Source of the DNA: Octopus vulgaris
Taxonomy: Eukaryota
NCBI GenBank assembly: GCA_951406725.2
Contig: OX597819.1
Location: forward strand, 15,128,001 to 15,192,000
Direction of reading: 5' to 3'
Length of the DNA: 64,000 nucleotides
The position numbers and the translations under genes are program-made. The notes beneath the pieces were generated by a model, which saw nothing but the letters and a program-made list of their open reading frames with translations, did no database searches and was not told the DNA's origin. This document shows positions 11,907 through 25,556 of the stretch, in pieces. Numbering within the stretch: the first letter of the stretch is position 1; each line of letters opens with the position of its first letter.

Positions 11907-12075
11907 GAAATAAGAGCTAAAAATGCCTTAATGCTGTAGTTAACATACATGAATGAAAACATACTCTAACGGAATTCTTGGTCGGCACTTTTCGTACAAT
12001 TACGGTTCTTGTTACTGTATATGTTTTCATTCATGCGCGTTAACTACGGCATTAGAGTGTTTTAGCTCTTATTTC
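11907..12075. repeat. Foldback element, ~57-bp imperfect inverted arms
   Basis: GAAATAAGAGCTAAAA..ATGAATGAAAACATA versus TATGTTTTCATTCAT..TTTTAGCTCTTATTTC. Abuts (TA)n. Confidence 0.85.
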
Positions 12076-12176
12076 TAGCAGTGTAGGTATTTTTTAACAC
12101 CCTGGTCACATTTTATGACAATTATAATTCTCCTTTTTGGTGAAACATTGCAGCCTGCTGTTTATATTAATTTTGT

Positions 12177-12481
12177 TTGTTTGTTCCTTCTCGAGCCATG
12201 CCTGGCTCATAAGGGCCGGTTTCCCGGTTTCCTTGGCGTATAGGTTCCCCACCTGGACGGGACGCCGGTCCGTCGCAGGTGAGCTGCAAGATGCAGGAGG
12301 AAAGAGTGAGAGAAAGTTGTGGCGAAAGAGTCAGCAGAAGTTTCGCCATTACCTTCTGCCGGAGCCGCGTGGGACTTAGGTGTTTTGCTCATAAACACAT
12401 ACATTGCCTGGTCTGAGATTCGAACTCGCAATCCCTCGACCGCGAGTCCGCTGCTCTAACCACTAGGCCATGTGCTTCCAC
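12177..12481 (-). mobile_element. SINE family D (C-like tRNA head, different 3' tail)
   Basis: Head GTGGAAGCACATGGCCTAGTGGTTAGAGCAGCGGACTCGCGGTCG, tail ..GGCTCGAGAAGGAACAAAC. 13-bp TSD ATATTAATTTTGT at 12164-12176 and 12482-12494. Confidence 0.92.
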
Positions 12482-12544
12482 ATATTAATTTTGTACATGT
12501 GTGTATATATGTGTGTGTTTGTGCGCGCGCGCGGAGGTTTGTAC

Positions 12545-12575
<31 letters not shown>

Positions 12576-12598
12576 TGTATGTATGTATGTATGTACGT

Positions 12599-12768
12599 AC
12601 ATACGACAGGCTTCTTTCAGTTTCCGTCTACCAAATCCACACACAAGGCTTTGGTCGGCCTGAGGCTAAAGTAAAAGACACTTGTCCAAGGTGCCACGCA
12701 GTGGGACTGAACCCGGAACTATATGGTTGGGAAACAAACATGTTACCACATAGCCATGCCTGCGCCTA
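12599..12768 (-). mobile_element. SINE family A 5' half
   Basis: Matches the family A head and CORE-like region. Confidence 0.88.
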
Positions 12769-13206
12769 TATGTGAAGTTTATAAAAAGTACAGAACAAGC
12801 AGCCCCCACGGGAGAGTACATGGCGGGAGAGTACATGTTGGAAACATGTAGCAAGCTTTCGCTAATTGTTTTCGGTGCCCATGTAGTTGCGAGTAGACAA
12901 ATACCCGCTCAGTCACCCCCCACCTTACCCTTGGTCCTGTGTGACAGCCAGGATGGAAGAGCAAAGGGGTCAGAGGTCTGCACCAGCATCAAGGTGTTAC
13001 TCTTTCGCAGGTGAGCAGATCAGAGCAAATGAAATGAAGTGACTTACTTTAGGACACAACACACCGCCCCATCCAGGAACTGAACGTACGGCCTTATCAT
13101 AGCGAGTTGAAAACGAGAGTAGAAGAAAGAATGAAAGAAATGTAAATTATTTTAACGATGTACTGTTAACTCCGAAGTTATATTTGGATTAACCACTGAT
13201 ATATAT

Positions 13207-13329
<123 letters not shown>

Positions 13330-13371
13330 TATATACATACATATATATGTATGTGTACATATATATGTATG

Positions 13372-13476
<105 letters not shown>

Positions 13477-14313
13477 GTATGTATATGTATATATATATAT
13501 ATAAAATTTTAGCCTTTAAAGATAGTCCACGTTATACGTAAAAAACAGAATATATAAATATATGTTTGGATAGTAAATGAAGAATTTCAGTGACATTCTT
13601 TTACATCATTTAACTATTTATGGTTTTATGTAGCTTCAGACATTGACCAAATATGATTCCTGATATATTAATAGATTTTTCAGATATATATTCCTCATGA
13701 TAGGAGCTCAAAAGGTAGAATTTGTCTTCGTCTTTTACCTCGTTCAAACAGCTATTTACGGGAAATACATCCGATATATTTAAACCATGAGCGATATTTA
13801 AAGTATTTCAAACAGTTTGTCTTTGTGGTAGGCGTGGGGAGAGAGACAGGGAATACGCGATGTGTGTGATGTGTGATGTGTGAAGTGTATAAGGTGGATG
13901 GTGGCGTGCGTATTTGTGCGTTTAGTATTTCAGAAATGTTTAAACTGTTTTCCCCGCAAACGTTTTGTACCTGAGATCGATTCTTGAAAGGTCACTATAA
14001 ACATATTCGAAGAAATGAGTTTTGAAGTATTTCCGCCAATATCAATCAGTCAATATTTAGTTCTCTCACATAACTGTTGTATATAATCGATTGAAATTAT
14101 CCTGGTCAAATACATCACCTAACAGGTATTTAGCCGTGTAATGTGTTGTATATAACCTCGTATATCTATATACTTGTGTGTATTTGTGTGTATATGCTCA
14201 TTGATATATAAATGTATGTATACACACACACACACATATATATATATATGTTTATATATATATATATATACATATCTATATATATATATATATATATATA
14301 CATATATACATAC

Positions 14314-14363
<50 letters not shown>

Positions 14364-14499
14364 GGGAGAAGGATATACATATACGTTAAATACATATATG
14401 AGTGTGTGGAAATAAATATATGTACGTTTATGCACCTCTCTATATATACACATTCACACGCACGCACACGCACTCACACATATACATACTTACTAAGAT

Positions 14500-14709
14500 A
14501 CATACATACATACACACTCACTCACTCACTCTCTCTCTCTCACTCACTCACTCACTCACTCACTCACTCACTTACTTACTGACTTACTTGCTTGCTTGCT
14601 TACTTGCTTATTTGCTTACTTACTTGCTTGCTTGCTTGCTTGCTTGTTGCTTAATTACTTGCTTGCTTGCTTACCTACTTACTTAATTGCATGCTTGCTT
14701 GCTTACTTA

Positions 14710-14767
<58 letters not shown>

Positions 14768-14981
14768 TACTTACTTAATTGCTTGCTTGATTGCTTGCTT
14801 GCATACTTGCTTCCTTGCTTACTTGCTTGCTTGCTTCCTTACTTACTTACATACTTGCTTGCTTGCTTACTTACTTACTTGCTTACTTGCTTACTTACTC
14901 GCTTGCTTGCTTACTTAATTACTTACTTGCTTGCTTGCTAGCTTACTTACTTACTCGCTTGCTTGCTTGCTTGCTTACTTA

Positions 14982-15028
<47 letters not shown>

Positions 15029-15537
15029 GCTTGCTTGCTTGATTACTTACTTACTTGCTTGCTTACTTACTTACTCGCTTGCTTGCTTGCTTGCTTACTT
15101 ACTTACTTGCTTACTTACTCGCTTGCTTGCTTGCTTACTTGCTTACTTACTTACTTGCTTGCTTGCTTGCTATCTTACTTGCTTGCTTGCTTGCTTACTT
15201 ACTTACTTAATTACTTGCTTGCTTGATTGCTTGCTTACTTACTTACTTGCGTGTTTGCTTGCTTACTTGCTAGCTGGCTTACTTGCTTGCTTGCTTGCGT
15301 ACTTGCTTGCTATCTTGCTTATTTACTTACTTGCTTGCTTGCTTACTTACTTACTTGCTTGCTTACTTGCTGGCTTGCTTGCTTGCTTACTTACTTACCT
15401 ACTTACCTGCTTGCTTGCTTACTTACTCTCTTGCTTGCTTGCCTGCTTGCTTGCTTGCTTACTTACTTGCTTGCCTGCTTGTTTGCTTGCTTATTTACTT
15501 ACATACTTACTTACTTGCTTGCTTGCTTACTTACTTA
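14500..15537. repeat. ~1-kb compound tetranucleotide array (ATAC>ACTC>ACTT/GCTT)
   Basis: Seen directly. Contiguous with the 3' tail of SINE D. Confidence 0.97.
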
Positions 15538-15844
15538 TGTTTGTTCCTTCTCGAGCCATGCCTGGCTCATAAGGGCCGGTTTCCCAGTTTCTTGGCGTAT
15601 AGGTTCCCCACCTGGACGGGACGCCGGTCCGTCGCAGGTGAGCTGCAAGATGCAGGAAGAAAGAGTGAGGGAAAGTTGTGGTGAAAGAGTCAGCAGAAGT
15701 TCGCCATTACCTTCTGCCGGAGCCGCGTGGAGCTTAGGTGTTTTCGCTCATTCATAAACACACACATCGCCTGGTCTGAGATTCGAACCCGCGATCCCTC
15801 GACTGCGAGTCCGCTGCTCTAACCACTAGGCCATGTGCCTCCAC
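15538..15844 (-). mobile_element. SINE family D
   Basis: Near-identical to 12177-12481. Confidence 0.92.
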
Positions 15845-15871
15845 TACATACTTATATACTGATATATAAGG

Positions 15872-15931
<60 letters not shown>

Positions 15932-16177
15932 AATCTATTGTAATTAGATTAAAATTGCTAATACCCACATTCTGTAAACAGACATGTCTTGCTCTACACT
16001 TGGCAAATATAACGATTGTAGAGGTGGTTCTCGCGTGCTTCATTGTTAGTTGACCGGCCTTTCACACAAGGAAAAATTATTACAATCGCTATTCAAATCA
16101 AACACAAACCAGAACCTAAGTGACGTAAGTGACACACTAATTTGCATATCATGTGATTGTCAGCATTTTATAGTTTA

Positions 16178-16734
16178 AGGCGGCGAGCTGGCAGAAACGT
16201 TAGCACGCCGGGCGAAATGCTTAGAAGTATTTCGCCTGCCGTTACGTTCTGAGTTCAAATTCCACCGAGGTCGACTTTGCCTTTCATCCTTTCGGGGTCG
16301 ATTAAATAAGTACCAGTTACGTACTGGGGTCGATATAATCGACTTAATCCGTTTGTCTGTCCTTGTTTGTCCTCTCTGTGTTTAGCCCCTTGTGGGTAAT
16401 AAAGAAATAGGTATTTCGTCTGCCGCTACGTTCTAAGTTCAAATTCCGCCGAGGTCGACTTTGCCTTTCATCCTTTCGGGGTCGATTAAATAAGTACCAG
16501 TTACGCACTGGAGTCGATATAATCGATTTAATCCGTATGTCTGTCCTTGTTTGTCCTCTCTGTGTTTAGCCCCTTGTGGGTACTTAAGAAATAGGTATTT
16601 CGTCTGTCTTTACGTTCTTAATTCAAATATTTTCGGGGTTAATGAATTAAGTACCAGTTCCATACTGGGTCGATCTAATCGAGTGCCCCTCCTCCCCAAA
16701 AATTTCGGGCCTTGTGCCTAGAGCAGAAAAGAAT
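16178..16734 (+). mobile_element. SINE family B, head-to-tail trimer with a single TSD
   Basis: One head, three units starting GTATTTCG, one terminal tail. 13-bp TSD ATTTTATAGTTTA at 16165-16177 and 16735-16747. Confidence 0.92.
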
Positions 16735-16854
16735 ATTTTATAGTTTATTAAACCTTGTCGTTTGAGCAACAAACTGCTGAATCAGGTCAGAACTGTGACA
16801 AGGTCAACAACGATACGAATAGTAAAAGCTAGCCGCTGTTTTTCTTGCTCTATA

Positions 16855-17105
16855 CTTTTTATTTTGTAGTTTCAGCTCAGGGCTGTGGCCATGCTGGAGC
16901 ACCGCCGTCTTGCTACACTGCTATTACTGAGAGCCTCCTCTAATATGTGGCACTTGGTGAAGAATGGAGTTTGATGTAGCTACCCTCATTTGTACCTCTT
17001 GCCGTGAGGTAGGGTTCGTCTGGGACTCTCGACAGGAAGAGGCCCAGCCTTGATTTTAAAATGCCAACATCTACTTTGTGCCGGTTCCTCAGGCTCTTCA
17101 TCACT
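16855..17105 (-). mobile_element. CR1-like LINE 3' end (ORF2 C-terminus and 3' UTR)
   Basis: Minus strand: KSLRNRHKVDVGILKSRLGLFLSRVPDEP/TSRQEVQMRVATSNSILHQVPHIRGGSQ** (one frameshift), then GGCGGTGCTCCAGCATGGCCACAGCCCTGAGCTGAAAC. Confidence 0.75.
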
Positions 17106-17327
17106 TCCATTGTGATAGCCTGTGGCGATCACTTCTCTGTATGTGTCTTTAATATACGGAACGTTCCCTTCGGCTGCTTTCCCTCAGATGTGTATTTGTT
17201 GCTGGCCACACGCCATGTTACATATCTATGAAATAATCTATGCTAGTGACGTCATCTCTATAAATTTCTCGGTCACTCGCAGAAGCATTTCTTATGGTAA
17301 TAGAAACTTATGCGCTTCGTTAAAATT

Positions 17328-17557
17328 ACCTATTTCTTTACTGCCCACAAGGGGCTAAACATAGAGGGGACAAACAAGGACAGACAAAGGGATTAAGTCG
17401 ATTACATCGACCCCAGTGCGTAACTGGTACTTAATTTATCGACCCCGATAGGATGAAAGGCAAAGCCGACCTCGGCGGAATTTGAGCTCAGAATGCAACG
17501 GCAGACGAAATACCGCTAAGCATTTCGCCCGGCGTGCTGACGTTTCTGCCAGCTCGA
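17328..17557 (-). mobile_element. SINE family B monomer
   Basis: 15-bp TSD CGCTTCGTTAAAATT at 17313-17327 and 17558-17572. Confidence 0.92.
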
Positions 17558-17769
17558 CGCTTCGTTAAAATTGCCGTAGACGATGGGAGTCTGCTCCCTT
17601 TTGAGCTTGTTATGGGTCTTCCTGTTATCTTTTCTTTCCTTCTCTCGTTCTTCCCCCTATCCCATCTTTCTATCCTTCCCCTGAGTCCTTTAGGACATCG
17701 TTCCTTTTTAGTATTACTACTACACGTCTTAATGCTGTTTTATAATCGAAAGGCCTTCTTTGTGAGTGT

Positions 17770-17829
<60 letters not shown>

Positions 17830-17936
17830 ATACAGTAATAGCTCAATATACGAGTTAATTTGTTCCCGGAGGCTGCTCGTAAAGCGAAAACACGTAAAGC
17901 AGAGCAATAACTTCCCATAATAGCAATGTTATAAAA

Positions 17937-18141
17937 TCTCTCTATATATAAACGGCAAAATGTCTGTGTGTGCGCGTCCCTTATACAAATCCACAATTTT
18001 TCAGTTAGAGGGCTCGCACTTTCTATGGCCATTCAAAACCGTCCAAGTGTGGTAGTGCACATCTTTACATTTCCCCAGTCACTCACCCCGCAGATCCATT
18101 AAAAAATCTGTGTTTAGCCCCTTGTGGGGTCATAGTGTTAG
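17937..18141 (+). mobile_element. Non-autonomous Helitron (second family), internally deleted copy
   Basis: A|TCTCTCTATATATAAACGGC start, GGTCATAGTGTTAG|T end. Homologous to 18164-18526. Confidence 0.7.
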
Positions 18142-18163
18142 TCGTAATTCGTTTCCTGAAAAA

Positions 18164-18526
18164 TCTCTCTATATATAAACGGCAAAATGTCTGTGTATGT
18201 GTCCTTTATACAAATCCACAATTCTTCAGTTAGAGAGCTCGCTTTTTCTATGGCCATTCAAAACCGTCCAAGTGTGGTCGTGCACATCTTTACATTTCCC
18301 CAGTCACCCCGCAGAGCCATTAAAAAATCAATAGAAGTGACTTTTTGCGAATTTTCTATCCAAAACCCAATCAAAATGCCCGAAACTTGATACGCCAATT
18401 GAATGCCAGCTAGCTGTATGTGATTGGTCGGAGATTTGGACAGTACTCGCGTGTATGTGCGCACGCACGCAGCTGTATATGCATGCACTAGCACTCTGAC
18501 CCGGCGTTGCCAGGTCATAGTGCTAG
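18164..18526 (+). mobile_element. Non-autonomous Helitron (second family)
   Basis: A|TC start, hairpin TGACCCGGCGTTGCCAGGTCA, CTAG|T end. Confidence 0.82.
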
Positions 18527-18950
18527 TGCTACCAATAAAAGTTTATAATACTCGTAAATAAATGGCAATAAAACAGCAATAGAATGTAAAGAATATTTTA
18601 TGTAAAGTAAAAAGAATGTCAAGATCATTTGTGATAAGAAATATTATTATTATAATCGTTTTCTGAATCACTTTCACTCGCATTAGATTCGCGCACACCA
18701 TCACTTGTAGATGCGACCGCCGATTCACAAGTACTCGTAGACGAACTTGTAGATTTATTTTTAGAAAACAATTATAAAGTTGTTTGCTTAGAAGATTTTT
18801 TTCACTCTCCATAAATTTCTCGGTAACACACAAAAGCATTTGTTATGGTAGCAGAAACTTTCGCACTTCGTTCAAAATTTGGATCTTGTGATTGAAAAAA
18901 CACGTAAACCCGGGATTTCGTAAAGTCGGTTCCTCGTAAAGTGAGGTATT

Positions 18951-19016
<66 letters not shown>

Positions 19017-19060
19017 CATGTATGTATGTATGTATGTATGTATGTATGTATGTATGTATG

Positions 19061-19093
<33 letters not shown>

Positions 19094-20114
19094 CTTCCAC
19101 TGAGGAGGGTTAGGAAGCCGGTTACCAACAAAGATACATCTGTAGGATGTAATTAACACAGACAAATTCACATTCGGAACTTGAGAAAAGTCTTGCACAT
19201 ATTTACTGTTCCGCTCACAGATTACACTTGTAATGTACGAATTAGCCGGTCGATTTCTTTTTCTGAAAATCTCAGTTTATCCAGATTCTCCTTTAAGCAT
19301 TTACTAACAAAACCTAATGCTCCAATTATTATTGGTATGAATATGAATTCATAGTCTGGATATAGAAGCTGGAGGTTTCGAAGCAGTTATCCATAGATAT
19401 CCTCTTTTTCTTTGATTTTCAAAGAGATATTTATATCTAGAGGACAGCTGACCTCTATGATGGTACATACTTTTGCCCCTCTGCCCCAAACAACAATATC
19501 CGGCCTGTTATGTTTACATTTGACAGAGGTTTTTGATGGGAATATTCCACTAGTATTCCTTGAGTTGGTGTTTATGAATGTATTCTATAACAAGATTGTA
19601 TGTATGTATGTATGTATGTATGTATGTATGTATGTATGTATGTATGTATGTATGTATGTATGTATGTATGTACGTGTCCAATAATTGTGTCATTATTCAT
19701 TATCTATGTCATGTCACAAATCTGGCGTATTGCCGAAAGGCCCCCCCACGTGTTTACAAAAGACATGTGTCATATGTTTATATTTCTGTTACTCTCCTGA
19801 TTTTTCATTTTCTCTTTATTTTTCTTCGATTTAACACCCTGCCTTTTCTGTTTCCTTTTTCTGTCCTTCACATCCGCTCACATATCCCAACAGCATTTTT
19901 GCTATTGACGCCACCAAAATGAACAATCTCATCGTTAAAGGAGCGAAATCGTTCTGAGTTTTGGACGATAACTGAGGAGGGATGAGCGTATCCATGTCTT
20001 GTGGGTGCTTTTTCCGTGTGTTCCTTTGTTGCCCTTGTTCACGTATGTGATTTTTCCGCTCAATTTTTTTAATATATGCATGTGTGTGTGAGAGCTTTCT
20101 GCGCAACATATTAT

Positions 20115-20529
20115 GCAGGAGTGGCTATGTGGTAAGTAGCTTGCTTACCAACCACATGGTTCCGGGTTCAGTCCCACTGCGTGGCATCTTGGGCAAGTGT
20201 CTTCTGCTATAGCCCCGGGCCGACCAATGCCTTGTGAGTGGATTTGGTAGACGGAAACTGAAAGAAGCCTGTCGTATATATGTATATATATATGTATATA
20301 TGTATGTGTGTGTATATGTTTGTGTGTCTGTGTTTGTCCCCCTAGCATTGCTTGACAACCGATGCTGGTGTGTTTACGTCGCCGTCACTTAGCGGTTCGG
20401 CAAAAGAGACCGATAGAATAAGTACTGGGCTTACAAAGAATAAGTCCCGGGGTCGATTTGCTCGACTAAAGGCGGTGCTCCAGCATGGCCGCAGTCAAAT
20501 GACTGAAACAAGTAAAAGAGTAAAATAGT
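20115..20529 (+). mobile_element. SINE family A, full length
   Basis: Head, CORE-like segment, internal microsatellite, GAGTAAAA tail. Confidence 0.93.
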
Positions 20530-20558
20530 ATATATATGATCAGAAGTCGTTGTTACAG

Positions 20559-20589
<31 letters not shown>

Positions 20590-21078
20590 AAATGTCAATT
20601 AGAAAGAAAAATCTACCCTTTTCCTCTGATTCGCCACTGCCACCGGCACACCATTAGAAATCTTGAACTCATCCCTGTGAACCATCGAAACACTCGTTAT
20701 TTAGACGGTCTTCCCCACCACGACATCCGTTGATAGCTACAACAGACTTGCAGCTTATCTGCAAGGAAGTGGCGTATAGGGAAGAAATAAAAAGGAAGAA
20801 AGAAGAACGAAAAGAAGGAATTCATGTTTGGTCAGCTTGACACCATCATTATTGTTTGTTGTTGTTGTTGCTGCTGCAGCTGCTGCTGTTGTTGTTGTTG
20901 CTGCTGCTGTTGCTGTTGTTGTTGTTGTTGCTGCTGCTGTTGTTGTTTGGACCCAGATCAACCTTGATTTAGCAAGCGTATGATCAAAGAAGTTCTGGCG
21001 ATAGTCGTCTCTTTTTCCCCCCCACATCGAATATGTAATAAAATATTACCCGGCGCAGATTAGTTGTCTTTCCATGCA

Positions 21079-21216
<138 letters not shown>

Positions 21217-21769
21217 CTGGGAGTATGGCTGTTGTTTCTAGCTGTTCTACAAGCTCGTTCTTTGGCTGGCGCCCTTGTTGGTAACAGAGAATGTCGCAAG
21301 AAGGCGGGACTAAGTAGTACTACTGATACTAACTGCTGTATCAGGGTTGGTTGTTGTGATCAATGAACGTGAAAGTTTATGATATTGCTATGTTATATTC
21401 TAATATACCACATAGTAATATCGTGACCAGAAGTTATTGCTGTCAGGGTCACAGTGATATTGATTTTTTGGTTTCTATAAGCAAGGTCAGACAGCGAATG
21501 GTGATTCATGGCACTCGTTTTTATTTAATTTTCAGGTGATCAATATACAATCTTCAATAGTTCAATGGGTAACGAGTCGATTAACACACAGTTATCAATT
21601 GGTGTTCCAATTCAGTTGCTTACCATGAAAACACGGAGTTTGCAGACATCGAGTTCCCTAACCGTTACGTAATAACTGTTCGGTGGTTGATGTGAGGTTT
21701 GGGCGTATGGCGTTTGAATTTGCCAAGTCTACAGTCTGCAGTCCAAAACATACCAGCACTGTAACACAG

Positions 21770-22145
<376 letters not shown>

Positions 22146-22646
22146 AGTAAATAGATAAGGTAGATAGATTGATATATACATGCATACATACATACATAGT
22201 CATACATACATACATACATATACATACATAAAATGAGAGTGCGAGAGAGTATGTGTGTGTGCGTACATTGTAATTGTAGAATGGCAGAATATTTAAGGAG
22301 TTTGCTTCGCAATCATGAGATCTTAAGTTCAATACCACTACGTGGCACCTTGAATCAGTGCTTTTTACCATAACTTCGAGTTGATCCAAGGCACGTGAGT
22401 GAAATTCTGTGAAAGGAAACCGTTCTCAAGCCTGTCGGATAGAGTGTACAGCAATGCAATAGTCCGGCCTTCTCGCACACTGCCTCACAATGATTCTACT
22501 TCAATATGGCCCTAGGAATATAGGTGTCTGCGGAATACTCAGCCAGCTCCTCGTTAATTCAATGAACAGATAACTCAGTTCATCGAAGAACAGAAACCCA
22601 CTGTCAAAACTGAAAACAATTAAGAAGCTTGTGTGTGTGTGTGTGT

Positions 22647-22783
<137 letters not shown>

Positions 22784-22955
22784 TCCGTGCGTGTGTGTAT
22801 TCATTCTCAATACTTTGTGGCAGATTCGAACACGAATATCTGACCGCTATTGTTTTCCTCGTCACAGAACACCATCCTTTCGACCAATCGTTTTCAACCG
22901 GGGTCCATATAAGATTTTGTTGCTAAAAGTTACGTAGAATAAATCAATAAATTAA

Positions 22956-23346
22956 TCTTTATATATAAAAGTGAGGTTGTGTGCTGTCTGTCTCCTACGA
23001 TTTAGATTCCTAACTACTCCCACATTTTGCGGTGCAGTTTAACCAAAACCGGGTATCTTATAGTCGTGATTCATATCGAGCCCTTCTGGGTATTAGCGCG
23101 CGTCTACGATGAGTCTACGATTTTTAAAAAATTTACCATCAATTTTTCCCATTTTTAATGCATTTTTGGCATATATAAGGGAAGTAACTCTCTAAAAATT
23201 TATTAAATCTCAGAACGTAAAAAGCTACAGTAACACCCCCCTTTGTTGTTAGCCATATTGAGATGGCTATTATACTTTACATCTCTAAAAATGCTTATAT
23301 AGTTATTTCCCTTACAAACCCGAGCAACGCCGGGCGATACTGCTAG
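22956..23346 (+). mobile_element. Non-autonomous Helitron (same family as 9731-10065)
   Basis: A|TC..CCCGAGCAACGCCGGGCGATACTGCTAG|T. Confidence 0.85.
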
Positions 23347-23588
23347 TAAATTATAAACAGCTAAATATATATACTGGCCAACCTATTGACCAAACTATTG
23401 ACCATCTGAGCAGTCGCTACCGACGATGCCTACAGGATAGGCGAAACTAGTGAGTCTAGAGACGGTCATCGGGTAGTTACCTCCCCTGTCAATGTATATA
23501 TATTGCGCTCTATTTACAACATTGAAAGATTTTAACTCTTATTTGTAGCAATGTAGGTGTTTCTGCACCCTTAGTCACACTTCGTGAC

Positions 23589-23638
<50 letters not shown>

Positions 23639-23956
23639 ATTTTTATTGTATTTTTTTTTGCATTTATATTTGTGTAACATTGTCCGTTTTTTTCCGTCCT
23701 TGCTTTTGTGTACATTCGCTGCTTTCTTTCAAGGAATCTAAAGCTCTTAGTTTAGTTTTTCCTTGGAGCTGGCCAGATTGGAGCAATCTTGAGTATAACC
23801 AGCCAAAATTCCAAAGATAATCTGGAACTCGACTGAGGAAAGAAAAACTTCAAATGACTCGTCCTTGTTTTCTTTGTATTGTCTATCTGGATGTTTTGTT
23901 GTCCCATTTTTGTATCACCTAACTGTCCGGATGTCTTGCGTTCTTGTCCCATTTTG

Positions 23957-23999
<43 letters not shown>

Positions 24000-24465
24000 A
24001 TAATGCGATTTAAATGGCGTAAAGCATAAGCGGTATTTGGAACAACATCGAAGGAGAAAACTGCGAAGAGAATTCATGTCTTATAGTCAGTTCCTTTGCT
24101 CTAGTAACTATAGTTAGAAAAATCATAAAGTACATTAGCCTATATTACATAATTTGGCTGTAATCTTCACTGAAACACGTGTAAGATGCTGTACTTATAT
24201 AATTCACAAACCAAATCTCCCTCAAATTACTATTTACTGTTTTTTTTAAAAATGACAGGGCTCTTTAGATAACGTAATCCCAGTAGAGATAATAGCTGAA
24301 AAAATATATAAATGAACTTTTATTTATATTTTTTCAGCTATATGACCATAGATGGAACGCCCATAATCATAAGTCTATTCAATCAACTGTTATGGACGTC
24401 ACAAACAGATTCACTGCAACAATTTGAGTTTTAATCAGGCTCTGAACTGACGTCTGCTCGCAGCA

Positions 24466-24797
24466 TTCTTCGGTCATGACAGACCATGGGATTGCACCTA
24501 GAAAGTTACCCTCCCAGGCACAAGTCCGGGCAAGGTTGTTTATGGAAGACCAGCAGTCGCGCATACATACCAGTCTTCCCTCCCCACGCCACCAGTGTCA
24601 TCCAAGGGAAAGGCAAAGGGGCCGATACAGCTTGGCACCTGTGATGTCGCAACTCATTTCTACAGCTGAGTGAACTGGAGCAACGTGAAATAAAGTGTCT
24701 TGCTCAAGAACACAACACGCAGCCAGGTCCGAGATTCGAAATCACAAGTTCGCGATCGTAAGCTCGATGCTCTAACCACTGAGCAATGCACCTTCAC
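24466..24797 (-). mobile_element. SINE family E
   Basis: tRNA-like head GTGAAGGTGCATTGCTCAGTGGTTAGAGC.., body GTGTTCTTGAGCAAGACACTTT. A second copy lies at 57805-58144. Confidence 0.88.
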
Positions 24798-25084
24798 ATA
24801 CGCAGCATACTACTTGTCCAATGTATAGCCCAGTCCTCCAGTCCTCCAATGCACACATATATAATTGCAGAATTAGCTATATTTCCATAGCAAGCTGTAA
24901 AGGATAACCATAACAGACATGCGTGCGAGCACGCAACACGACATATGTGTAATTATAGAAGAGGATAAATGCTAATTGTTCCTACGTTAAGTACTGGACC
25001 GGTAATTTTGAAGGGAGGGGGAGTTGGTCGATTCCATCGACTGCGAGCGATGTAATCGACTGACTCCACATCCATTTACATATC

Positions 25085-25127
25085 GCGCGCGCGTGCGTGC
25101 GTTCGTGTGTGTGTGCGTGCGTGCGTG

Positions 25128-25182
<55 letters not shown>

Positions 25183-25448
25183 ATAGAAACGCACACATAC
25201 ACACGCATTCACAAAACAACTTACCTCTAAAATATATACAGAATGTATGTCTGTATATGTTTGTACCTTCTGCAACTGTTTGCGGTATCCGACACTCTGC
25301 ATGCGCGTGTATATATAACACTGTGTGTATGTGTGCGGGATGCGTGTGTGTGTGTGCGTGTGTGTGTGCGTGTGTGTGTGTGCGTGTGTGTGTGTGTGCG
25401 TGTGTGTGTGTGTGCTTGTGTGTGTGTGTGTGTGTGTGCGTGTCTGTG

Positions 25449-25480
<32 letters not shown>

Positions 25481-25488
25481 CGTGTCTG

Positions 25489-25556
<68 letters not shown>

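Noticed and set aside
19960-20010. CTGAGGA followed by a small stem (also ~23832, ~58279) as hammerheads
   Set aside because: No correctly placed GAAA, stem III or stem I.
20850-20950. CAG/CAA tract as a polyQ exon (minus strand)
   Set aside because: The Q frame has a stop just upstream and shortly downstream, and there is no supported splice context.
21520-21672. Possible splice acceptor TTTTATTTAATTTTCAG and exon
   Set aside because: The downstream translation is short and unrecognisable. Such acceptor-like strings are common in AT-rich DNA.
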